Below the pieces are notes generated by a model. That model was not told where the DNA came from, did no database searches, and saw nothing but the letters and a program-made list of their open reading frames with translations. A program made the position numbers and the translations under genes. Of a stretch of DNA of 64,000 nucleotides, positions 13,001 through 25,000 are shown piece by piece. How positions within the stretch are numbered: the first letter of the stretch is position 1; every line of letters starts with the position of its first letter. Origin of the DNA: Macrostomum lignano (Eukaryota); assembly GCA_002269645.1 (NCBI GenBank), contig NIVC01000199.1, positions 310,001-374,000 on the forward strand. Direction: 5' to 3'.

Positions 13001-16000
13001 TAGCCTAGTGATGGGGTTGTAGCCTAGTGGAGGGGTTGTAGCCTAGTGATGGGGTTGTAGCCTAGTGGAGGGGTTGTAGCCTAGTGGAGGGGTTGTAGCC
13101 TAGTGGAGGGGTTGTAGCCTAGTGATGGGGTTGTAGCCTAGTGATGGGGTTGTAGCCTAGTGATGGGGTTGTAGCCTAGTGATGGGGTTGTAGCCTAGTG
13201 ATGGGGTTGTAGCCTAGTGATGGGGTTGTAGCCTAGTGATGGGGTTGTAGCCTAGTGATGGGGTTGTAGCCTAGTGATGGGGTTGTAGCCTAGTGATGGG
13301 GTTGTAGCCTAGTGATGGGGTTGTAGCCTAGTGATGGGGTTGTAGCCTAGTGATGGGGTTGTAGCCTAGTGATGGGGTTGTAGCCTAGTGATGGGGTTGT
13401 AGCCTAGTGATGGGGTTGTAGCCTAGTGAGGGGTTGTAGCCTAGTGATGGGGTTGTAGCCTAGTGATGGGGTTGTAGCCTAGTGAGGGGTTGTAGCCTAG
13501 TGATGGGGTTGTAGCCTAGTGGAGGGGTTGTAGCCTAGTGGAGGGGTTGTAGCCTAGTGGAGGGGTTGTAGCCTAGTGGAGGGGTTGTAGCCTAGTGGAG
13601 GGGTTGTAGCCTAGTGATGGGGTTGTAGCCTAGTGATGGGGTTGTAGCCTAGTGATGGGGTTGTAGCCTAGTGATGGGGTTGTAGCCTAGTGAGGGGTTG
13701 TAGCCTAGTGAGGGTTGTAGCCTAGTGAGGGGTTGTAGCCTAGTGATGGGGTTGTAGCCTAGTGATGGGGTTGTAGCCTAGTGGAGGGGTTGTAGCCTAG
13801 TGATGGGGTTGTAGCCTAGTGATGGGGTTGTAGCCTAGTGATGGGGTTGTAGCCTAGTGATGGGGTTGTAGCCTAGTGATGGGGTTGTAGCCTAGTGATG
13901 GGGTTGTAGCCTAGTGGAGGGGTTGTAGCCTAGTGGAGGGGTTGTAGCCTAGTGGAGGGGTTGTAGCCTAGTGATGGGGTTGTAGCCTAGTGGAGGGGTT
14001 GTAGCCTAGTGATGGGGTTGTAGCCTAGTGGAGGGGTTGTAGCCTAGTGGAGGGGTTGTAGCCTAGTGGAGGGGTTGTAGCCTAGTGGAGGGGTTGTAGC
14101 CTAGTGGAGGGGTTGTAGCCTAGTGAGGGGTTGTAGCCTAGTGATGGGGTTGTAGCCTAGTGATGGGGTTGTAGCCTAGTGGAGGGGTTGTAGCCTAGTG
14201 GATGGGGTTGTAGCCTAGTGATGGGGTTGTAGCCTAGTGATGGGGTTGTAGCCTAGTGGAGGGGTTGTAGCCTAGTGATGGGTTGTAGCCTAGTGATGGG
14301 GTTGTAGCCTAGTGATGGGGTTGTAGCCTAGTGATGGGGTTGTAGCCTAGTGATGGGGTTGTAGCCTAGTGATGGGGTTGTAGCCTAGTGGAGGGGTTGT
14401 AGCCTAGTGGAGGGGTTGTAGCCTAGTGGAGGGGTTGTAGCCTAGTGATGGGGTTGTAGCCTAGTGGAGGGGTTGTAGCCTAGTGATGGGGTTGTAGCCT
14501 AGTGATGGGGTTGTAGCCTAGTGATGGGGTTGTAGCCTAGTGATGGGGTTGTAGCCTAGTGATGGGGTTGTAGCCTAGTGATGGGGTTGTAGCCTAGTGA
14601 TGGGGTTGTAGCCTAGTGATGGGGTTGTAGCCTAGTGGAAGGGGTTGTAGCCTAGTGGAGGGGTTGTAGCCTAGTGGATGGGGTTGTAGCCTAGTGATGG
14701 GGTTGTAGCCTAGTGATGGGGTTGTAGCCTAGTGATGGGGTTGTAGCCTAGTGATGGGGTTGTAGCCTAGTGATGGGGTTGTAGCCTAGTGATGGGGTTG
14801 TAGCCTAGTGGAGGGGTTGTAGCCTAGTGATGGGGTTGTAGCCTAGTGATGGGGTTGTAGCCTAGTGATGGGGTTGTAGCCTAGTGATGGGGTTGTAGCC
14901 TAGTGATGGGGTTGTAGCCTAGTGATGGGGTTGTAGCCTAGTGATGGGGTTGTAGCCTAGTGATGGGGTTGTAGCCTAGTGATGGGGTTGTAGCCTAGTG
15001 ATGGGGTTGTAGCCTAGTGATGGGTTGTAGCCTAGTGAGGGGTTGTAGCCTAGTGGAGGGGTTGTAGCCTAGTGATGGGGTTGTAGCCTAGTGGAGGGGT
15101 TGTAGCCTAGTGATGGGGTTGTAGCCTAGTGATGGGGTTGTAGCCCAGTGGTTAAAGCGTCGGGCTCACGACTGAAAGGTCGGGGGCTCGATTCCCGATC
15201 CCACGAGAACAGTTTGTGTCCTTGAGTAATACACTTTAAACTCTGCATTTCTTCAGTTCACCCAGCTGTAAAATGGGTGCCAGCATTAGCTGGAGTAACT
15301 GAGGCTGTGTGTGGCGACCCCCCAGTCCTTGGACTGAACAGCCGTACGCAGCCCTCAGATGCACCGCGCAATAGCTGCGGCTGAGCTGTCGGCTGCACAT
15401 CTGCCCATTAGGGCAGGTGTAATTAATAATAATTTTTATTTTTATATTGAAAACAGTCGTTAGTAAAAACGTTAATGCATATGGAAAATGAGTCATATAG
15501 GTCAGCACCCGGTAATTTAGCCCAGGTAGGATGGATACGAGATAGGTCAGCACCCGGTAAGAATCAGCAGTTACTAATTCATCACACCCGTAATTTCAGG
15601 GCGAGGCCAACCTGCTAGTGGTGACAGAAGCAATGGAGAACCTCGGCGACCTGCCCAAATGCAATCTGGTAGTCCGGTTCAATCCGCCGCGCACTTTCAA
15701 TTCCTATTTTCATTCTAAGAATCGCGCTCGGTCTTTCAATTCAACCTACGCCACCTTAGTGACGCCTTGTGACGCAGGTTTCCAAGAAAGTCACGCCGCG
15801 TTCAAAGCTACGGAGGAGCTGCTGCTGCGCAGCGGTGCAGCCTCCGACGAATCTCGGCGACGATTGGCTCGCGGAGATGATTCGCCAATTGCTGACGCCG
15901 ATGACGAGTCCTCCGAGTCGGAGACATTCGCGCCATTCGGTCTGTCGGGTCCTTCGGTGACTGCGGATGCGGCGATACCCGTGGTGAATCGCTACTGCGC

Positions 16001-19000
16001 CCGGCTGCCGTCAGATGTTTTTGCCAGCCTTGTGCCGCTGTGGCAAATTGAGAAGTCGGCTGATGTCGATGCTTATAGGTTTGTGTAGCTGCACTGGGGG
16101 GGGGGTCGCCACACACAGCCTCAATTACCCCAGCTAATGCTGGCACCCATTTTACAGCTGGGTGAACTGAAGCAATGCAGAGTTATAGTATCTTGCTCAA
16201 GAACACAAATGTTCCAGTGGGATCGGGAATCGAACCCTCGACCTTTCAGTCGGGAGTCCAACTCTCTACCCACTGGGCTACAACCCAAGGACTACTCAAT
16301 AGAAGGACTGAAAACCTCGTTTCTTGGAGAATTATAGGAGGCAGGTTCTTCCGAAAAAATACACTACGGAGATAGGAAGTTTTTATTTTTTCGCAAAGTT
16401 TTTACCTGAATGTCCCCTGTGTGTTTACCTGGATGTCACATGTGTTTTTACCTGGATGTCACCTGTGTTTTTACCTGGATGTCACCTGTGTGTTTACCTG
16501 GATGTCACATGTGTTTTTACCTGGATGTCACCTGTGTTTTTACCTGGATGTCCCCTGTGTTTTTACCTGGATGTCACATTTGTTTTTACCTGGATGTCAC
16601 ATGTGTTTTTACCTGAATGTCCCCTGTGTTTTTACCTGGATGTCACCTGTGTTTTTACCTGGATGTCCCCTGTGCTTTTACCTGGATGTCCCCTGTGTTT
16701 TTACCTGAATGTCCCCTGTGTTTTTACCTGGATGTCCCCTGTGTTTTTACCTAGATGTCCCCTGTGTTTTTACCTGGATGTCCCCTGTGTTTTTACCTGG
16801 ATGTCCCCTGTGTGTTTACCTGATGTCCCCTGTGTGTTTACCTGATGTCCCCTGTGTTTTTACCTAGATGTCCCCTGTGTTTTTACCTGGATGTCCCCTG
16901 TGTTTTTACCTGGATGTCCCCTGTGTGTTTACCTGATGTCCCCTGTGTGTTTACCTGATGTCCCCTGTGTTTTTACCTAGATGTCCCCTGTGTTTTTACC
17001 TGGATGTCCCCTGTGTTTTTACCTGGATGTCCCCTGTGTGTTTACCTGATGTCCCCTGTGTGTTTACCTGATGTCCCCTGTGTTTTTACCTAGATGTCCC
17101 CTGTGTTTTTACCTGGATGTCCCCTGTGTTTTTACCTGGATGTCACCTGTGTTTTTACCTGGATGTCCCCTGTGTTTTTACCTGGATGTCACCTGTGTTT
17201 TTACCTAGATGTCACCTGTGTTTTTACCTGGATGTCACATGTGTTTTTACCTGGATGTCACATGTGTTTTTACCTGGATGTCCCCTGTGTTTTTACCTGG
17301 ATGTCACATGTGTTTTTACCTGGATGTCACCTGTGTTTTTACCTGGATGTCACCTGTGTTTTTACCTGGATGTCACATGTGTTTTACCTGGATGTCACCT
17401 GTGTTTTTACCTGGATGTCACCTGTGTTTTTACCTGGATGTCACATGTGTTTTACCTGGATGTCACCTGTGTTTTTACCTGGATGTCACCTGTGTTTTTA
17501 CCTGGATGTCACATGTGTTTTACCTGGATGTTCCCTGTGTTTTATCTTTATGTCACATGTGCTTTTTCTGGATCTCCGTAAGCTGTTTCCTGAAAATGAT
17601 CTGCGTTATTTTTCCGTGTGCATGTAGATTGTTAAATATTGTTAATACATAATTGCTTTTGTTTCCTGGAAGTCCCTAGTTTTCATTAGCCAACCAGCAT
17701 GTATTAAAATGTTATTAGAACCACCATAAAGCTTCCCGGATGCTAAACTGCATTGCCACTCTAACCAATCCATTTGCTTGTCAGATGCCGGCTCTGCCTA
17801 CCCATGAATTCGCCCTGTCGCCGTTCAGTCATCGGCGCCTGGTGCCCGACAGTCCAGTCGGCAAAGTGCAGCGCCGCGCTGGCTTGCGTCAGAGAGTTGC
17901 ACTCAGCTGGTCAGCTGGACTCAAACCTGAAGCCGTACAGCAAAGAGGAGCTGGTCAATCTTGCGCACAAGTCTATCATTCAATCGCCAATGTCAAAACT
18001 TAGTAATGGCGATGGGGTTATTGGCAATAGCAACACGGGTATTGGTGGTTCGAAACGGCGTCAGGTGTATCAGAAACAGCTGGCTGCTGAGCTGACCGCT
18101 AACCTGCCTGAGCCAGACCTGCCGTGCAGACTGTACCGCATTCGACTGCGACCGGAGCACGTCTGGGCGATGCCTTCGGCTGCCGTGGCGGCTGCGACTG
18201 ACCCGGAACAGCTGATGACCACTTCTAGGTGTCGATCATCGTTTGGACTGATTCTGCGAGATCCTCTGCCTGATTGTCTGCCGCTGTTCTGCTTGTATCC
18301 GCGGCAGGGGGAGGTAAGTTGAGATGATTCACGCTTACTGATTGGAATAAGGTGGTGCTTAGTGAATAGTGAAGAATCAGGAGCGGCGCTTAATGATGAT
18401 AGAAATGAGGTGGTGCTTAGTGAAGAATCAGGAGTGGTGCTTAATAAAAGAAATGAGGTGGTGCTTAGTGAAGAATCAGGAGCGGCGCTTAATGAAAGAA
18501 ATGAAGTGATGCTTAGTGAAGAATCAGGAGTGGTGCTTAATAAAAGAAATGAGGTGGTGCTTAGTGAATAATCAGAAGTGGTGCTTAATGATAGAAATGA
18601 AGTGATGCTTAGTGAAGAATCAGGAGTGGTGCTTAATGATAGACATGAAGTGATGCTTAGTGAAGAATCAGGAGCAGTGCTTAATGAAAGAAATGAGGTG
18701 GTGCTTAGTGAAGAATCAGGAGCGGTGATTAATGAAAGAAATGAGGTGGTGCTTAGTGAAGAATCAGGAGCGGTGCTTAATGAAAGAAATGAAGTGATGC
18801 TTAGTGAAGAATCAGGAGCGGCGCTTAATGATGATAGAAATGAGGTGGTGCTTAGTGAAGAATCAGGAGCGGTGCTTAATGAAAGAAATGAAGTGGTTCT
18901 TAGCGAATTTCTGCCTTCTCTCATTTTCCACAGACCGATGTAGACTTTCCTCTGATTGCTGACTCCCTGACCCTGTCAGCTGAGCAGCTGAGCCTGCTCA

Positions 19001-22000
19001 AACGGTTCCATCGAGTTCTGTTTCATCGAGTGCTCAGACTGGAGAAAGAAGCCAGCATGACGCCTGACTTTGATGAGGCTCCGTTTAAACCTTTGGTGTG
19101 CCTGCTAACCCGGCCGGTTAAGGAAGCTGGAGATGATCAAAATGATGAGGATACTGTTAATGCTGATGATGAAGCTAGCTGGCAGCTGGACTGGGATCTG
19201 GCTGGCCGGGTGGTGGCCTCGGCCGAGTCGCAGTCGGGCGACGCGCCACCGTGCGAAATTCTACCGGAGAAGCCGTTCAAGTTTCGAGTTGAAGACTTCA
19301 ACGATTGCGTCATTGTTCCATCCTATAGGAACTTTGACCAGCCGCAGTTCTACTTTGTTAGTCAGGTATGAGGGCCTGAGTTTTTGTTCTGTGCTTTTGC
19401 TGACACCTCCCTAAAAATCCACCCCAATAGATCCGAACCACCCCAATAATCCGCCCTAAGAATCCGCCCCTCTTAAAAATCCTCCCAAAAAATCCACCCC
19501 TCTCAAGATCCGCCCTAATAATCCAGCCCCTTTGTAAGAATCGCCCTAAGAACCGCCCTTCTCAAATATCCGCCCCGCTCCCCGAAGATCCGCCCTAAGA
19601 ATCCGCCCCCTCCCGAAGATCCGCCCTAAGAATCCACCCCTTGTAAAAATCCTCCCTAAAAATCCGCCTTTCAAAGATCCGCCCTAAAAATCCGCCCCTC
19701 CCAAAGATCCTCTCTAAGAATCCGCCCCTCCTTAAAATCCGCCCTAAGAATCCGCCCCCTCGAAGATTCGCCTTAAAAATCCGCCCTCCCCTAAAATCCG
19801 CCCTAAGAATCTGCCCCCTCCCAAAGATCCTCTTTAAGAATCCGCCCCCTCCCTAAAATCCGCCCTAAGAATCCGCTCCCCTCCCAAAGATCCTTTCTAA
19901 GAATCCGCCCCTCACTAAAAATCTGAACTAAGAATCCGCCCCCTCCCTAAAATCCGCCCTAAGAATCCGCTCCCTCCAAAGATTCGCCTTAAGAATCCGC
20001 CCCCTCCCTAAAATCCGCCCTAAGAATCCGCCCCTCGTAAAAATCCTCCCTAAAATCCGCCTTTCAAAGATCCGCCCTAAAAATCGGCCCCTCTAGTTGA
20101 TAGTAATAGACCTATTTGCTGCAGTATGAGCACGTTCTATTGTCAAAAGTAAAAACACTGGATGACAAGGCATTAATTGATTTATTACAGCCGATATTCA
20201 CCCAATATTTTTCTATTGATGCCCTGACAAATCTCACTGCCAGATTCGCTGGGATCTGAATCCAGCCTCGCCATTTCCAACTAGCGCCTACGACAGCTTT
20301 GAAGAATACTATTTGAAAAAGTATAACATCAGATTGACAACACGAGACCAGCCCTTGTTGGATGTTGAGCAGAGCAGTTCACGTTATAATGTACTGACGC
20401 CAAGGTAGGATTGGGGTGGCTGTTGTTTACTCTTTGATTTTGTTTTTAAGTCCATTGTTTGTCTTACTTTTGTGGTACGCGTTGGTAACGAGATAGAGTG
20501 GTGGGAAAAAGGGAGACGGGAGAAGTGGGCGCAATGAGAAACAAGAGAGGGAGACAGTGGGGGGGGGCAGGAAAGTTAGAAGTAGACGGAAAAGAGCAAG
20601 AGTAAGATAGGAGAGGGAGAGAGGAGAGGGAGACAGTGAGAGAAACGAGATAGCGAACAGGAAAGAGAGAGACACGAGAGGGAGACAGAGACAGGAGACT
20701 GGGAGATATAGAGGGAGACAGAGACAGGAGACTGGGAGATATAGAGGGAGACAGAGACAGGAGACTGGGAGATATAGAGGGAGACAGAGACAGGAGACTG
20801 GGAGATATAGAGGTAGACAGAAAGGGAGACAGGGGAAGAAAGAGGTAGGCAGAGAGGGAGACATGGGAAAAAAGAGATAGGCAGAGAGGGAGACAGGGGA
20901 AGAAAGAGATAGGCAGAGAGGGAGACAGGGGAAGAAAGAGATAGGCAGAGAGGGAGACAGGGGAAGAAAGAGATAGGCAGAGAGGGAGACAGGGGAAGAA
21001 AGAGATAGGCAGAGAGGGAGACAGGGGAAGAAAGAAGTAGGCAGAGAGGGAGACAAAGGAAGAAAGAGGTAGGCAGAGAGGGAGACAGGGGGTAGACAAA
21101 GTTAAAAGAGGATTCAAACAGTGCATTAAATATTTTTTTAGATTTCTAGACACAGATGGCCGGCCTCTGGGCACCCGGATCAAGCAGCAGCAGCAGCAGC
21201 AACATCCAGTGCAGCAGCAGCCAACTCTCCGCTGCACAAAAGACGAACAGCAGAAGCAGTTATTCATTCCCGAGCTGTGCTATCGCCATATTGTCCCAGC
21301 CTCTGTGTGGCGACAAGCCTGCTGTCTACCCTCCGCTCTCTACCGGCTGAACCACCTGCTCCTGGCAGAATCTCTCCGTCATCAGATTTCCCAGTCTACT
21401 GGAGTCGGCATCGATGCTTTAAATACAATTTCATCTGGCGAGAAGTTGGCCTATTGTGCATTGATTAATTCATCATCAGTTGCCGCCCAGCAGCAGGGTC
21501 AGGCTACCGCTGACGACAAAAACGCCAAATCGGCGGCACCTGGTGGCGACGCGGATTTCGGAGTGTTCCAATGCAACAGCGCCGACAATGACGAGGATCC
21601 GTTGCTAGGCGAAGCTGGCGATGGTGAAGATGCTGAGTCTACGGACAGCTTTGAAGAGATGGTGACATTTTTTCCTAGCGTACAACTGGCTGTAAGCTTG
21701 TTGCCGAACTCTGCAGACCTGCTGCAGTGCCTCACCGCGTCTAATGCTGGCGATCTCATGAACTTGGAGCGCCTGGAGACGGTGGGTAGCGCTTGCAGGG
21801 GTGAGGGGAGGAATGAGAGGCAGGGAGAGGGAAGAGGGGCAGGGAGAGGGAAGAGTGGCAGGGAGAGGGAAGAGAGGCAGGGAGAGGGAAGAGTGGCAGG
21901 GAGAGGGAAGAGAGGCAGGGAGAGGGAAGAGAGGCAGGGAGAGGGAAGAGTGGCAGGGAGAGGGAAGAGGGGCAGGGAGAGGGAAGAGAGGCAGGGAGAG

Positions 22001-25000
22001 GGAAGAGAGGCAGGGAGAGGGAAGAGTGGCAGGGAGAGGGAAGAGAGGCAGGGAGAGGGAAGAGGGGCAGGGAGAGGGAAGAGGGGCAGGGAGAGAGAAG
22101 GGAAGAGAGGCAGGGAGAGAGAAGGGAAGAGAGGCAGGGAGAGAGAAGGGAAGAGAGGCAGGGAGAGAGAAGGGAAGAGAGGCAGGGAGAGAGAATACAG
22201 GCAAGGGGCAGGGAGAGAGAATACAGGCAAGGGGCAGGGAGAGAGAATACAGGCAAGGGGCAGGGAGAGAGAATACAGGCAAGGGGCAGGGAGAGGGAAG
22301 AGAGGCAGGGAGACAGAAGGGAAGAGAGGCAGGGAGAGGGAAGAGTGGCAGGGAGAGGGAAGAGAGGCAGGGAGACAGAAGGAAAGAGAGGCAGGGAGAG
22401 AGAATACAGACAAGGGGCAGGGAGAGGGTTAGAGAGACCTGGAGAGTGGGATTTTAGAGGCAGTTGCTGTGTGCACCCTGGCGCACTTTGAGCGACATTG
22501 TCACACAACCGGCGAGAGGCATTGCTGCCCATTACGCCGACTCCCCTGAGCAGGCACACAAGCGCGCGGATACGTACGCAGTCATACGCACAGGCACACA
22601 CTCACACAGGAGTGTACAGCGGCCCTAACTATATTTATTGTTAGACATGTACACTTCACTGTGCCTTGGGGGTTGGGCCTCAAAGCTCGAGCAGAGCCAA
22701 GCCGAGATTGCAATTCAGCCCCACGTTCCCCTGGTAGAGAGTGATAGCTGAAGTCACACACAAAAAGCCCAGATGGATCTATCACTCCGATTGGCCCTCA
22801 GGTCGGTGATTCGCTACTAAAATTCGCCGTGACAGTCAGCCTGTACTGTACAAATCCCGGTCTGCACGAGGGCGGCCTGACTCAGCTGCGCAGCCGGCAG
22901 GTGAGCAATTCGCACCTGTACTTGTGCGCGGCGGCCAAAGGCTTAGGCGAACTGATTGTGGCCAACAAATTCGAGCCCAGAGAGAACTGGCTGCCTCCCG
23001 GATTGGTGCTCAAGCATCAGCAGCAGCAAGCCAGTAAGATTGCCGATTCAAAACCGGCTGAGTCGCCAGCGGCGGAGGCTGGCGCTTCCACTTCTCCGTC
23101 AAATTCTCCAGGCGGACAAGCGCCGCAGAAGCGCAACAAGAAACGGAGCGGCGCTAGAAATCGAGGCAAAGGAAAATCTGCTGGCAGCAGAGGGGGTGGT
23201 GAGTAACTCGGATTTTGGTAGGTCCTGAGTTCGAATCTGCGATTTTTTAACCCCAGCAGAGGGGGTGGTGAGTAACTCGGATTTTGGTAGGTCCTGAGTT
23301 CGAATCTGCGATATTTTGACCTCGCAGAGGGTGTGGTGAGTACTCGGATTTTAGAAGGTCCTGGGTTCGAATCTGCGATTTTTTAACCCCAGCAGAGGGA
23401 GTGGTGAGTAACTCGGAGTTTGGTAGGTCCTGAGTTCGAATCTGCGTTTTTTACCCCAACAGAGGGGGTGGTGAGTACTCGGATTTTAGAAGGTCCTGAG
23501 TTCGAATCTGCGATATTTTGACCTCGCAGAGGGTGTGGTGAGTACTCGGATTTTAGAAGGTCCTGGGTTCGAATCTGCGATTTTTTAGTTTAGGCTTAGT
23601 TTTAATAAGTCACTATTTAACTACCTCGTAGATCCTAAGTTCGAACTACGATGTAGTTATCTAAATTGAAGTCTTTTGATACAAAAAACAAACATCTGTC
23701 TTTTTTACCCTCTAAGTCGTGAGTTCGAATCTTATGTCGATCAAGTTCTGTTATGCCGAAGCCCTGGATTCCAAATTTGTTCTCTTCCCATCAGGTCAGC
23801 TCAGCGGCAGCAGGCAGCAGCAGCAGAGGCTGCAGGGTGCCGGCCCGGCCTCTTCTTCAGCTGCGTCATTGTCTGGCATCCCTGGCGCCAGCGCCAATTG
23901 CACTTTCCTGCAGATGGAGCAGAGCCTGACTGACAAGTGCCTGGCTGACAGCGTTGAGGCTATTGTTGGCTGCTACTTGGTGCGCTGCAATGAACAGGTC
24001 AGAGTTGGCACAGGATGTTGGTACAGATAGACTGGTAGTCATACTGAATACTGGTAAAGACACTGGTAGACAAATATGTAAATTCAACAGGTAGACATGT
24101 AACAGGTAGATAAGGTAGATAAGTGAACAGTAGAACAGTAAAACTACGTAAGACATTACAGGTAGGTCGTAGGACATTACGTAGATGTAACAGTAGAGGC
24201 GTAGATACGGTAGGCAGATGGGTAGATGCAGTAGGCAGACAGGTAGATATAGTAGGCAGACAGGTAGATGCAGTAGGCAGACAGGTAGATACAGTGGGCA
24301 GGCAGGTAGAGATACAGTAGGCAGACAGGTAGAGATACAGTAGACACATAGGTAGATACAGTAGGCAGATAGGTAGATACAGTAGGCAGACAGGTAGAGA
24401 TACAGTAGTCAGACAGGTAGATACAGTAGGCAGATAGGTAGATACAGTAGGCAGACAGGTAGAGATACAGTAGGCAGACAGGTAGATACAGTAGTAGACA
24501 GACAGGTATATACAGTAGGCAGACAAGTGGATACAGTAGGCAGACAGGTAGAGATACAGTAGGCAGGCAGGTAGATACAGTAGGCAGGCAGGTAGATACA
24601 GTAGGCAGATAGGTAGATACAGTAGGCAGACAGGTAGATACAGTAGGCAGACAGGTATATACAGTAGGCAGACAAGTGGATACAGTAGGCAGACAGGTAG
24701 AGATACAGTAGGCAGGCAGGTAGATACAGTAGGCAGGCAGGTAGATACAGTAGGCAGACAGGTAGATACAGTAGGCAGACAGGTAGATACAGTAGGCAGA
24801 CAGGTATATACAGTAGGCAGACAAGTGGATACAGTAGGCAGACAGGTAGAGATACAGTAGGCAGGCAGGTAGATACAGTAGGCAGGCAGGTAGATACAGT
24901 AGGCAGATAGGTAGATACAGTAGGCAGACAGGTAGATACAGTAGGCAGACAGGTAGAGATACAGTAGGCAGGCAGGTAGATACAGTAGGCAGGCAGACAG

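Noticed and set aside
2417-15133. CRISPR-like array
   Set aside because: Head-to-tail repeats with no unique spacers, no cas genes, and a eukaryotic intron context.
15134-15210. Functional tRNA gene
   Set aside because: The acceptor stem does not close, the B box is mutated, and the sequence continues into a SINE body and tail found at three loci.
15236-15553. ORFs [12 protein letters not shown]... (also 16137..16337, 47665..47910)
   Set aside because: Antisense translations of the SINE.
15497-15560. Short direct repeat ATAGGTCAGCACCCGGTAA x2
   Set aside because: Isolated local duplication with no element structure.
16324-17652. Long Cys/Phe-rich ORFs, and similar repeat ORFs at 15-686, 18070-18943, 20427-22601, 23999-25095, 25428-25796, 27661-28062, 32567-33816, 38494-38760, 39418-39936, 44361-45689
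   Set aside because: Stop-free frames of intronic minisatellites inside well-supported introns.
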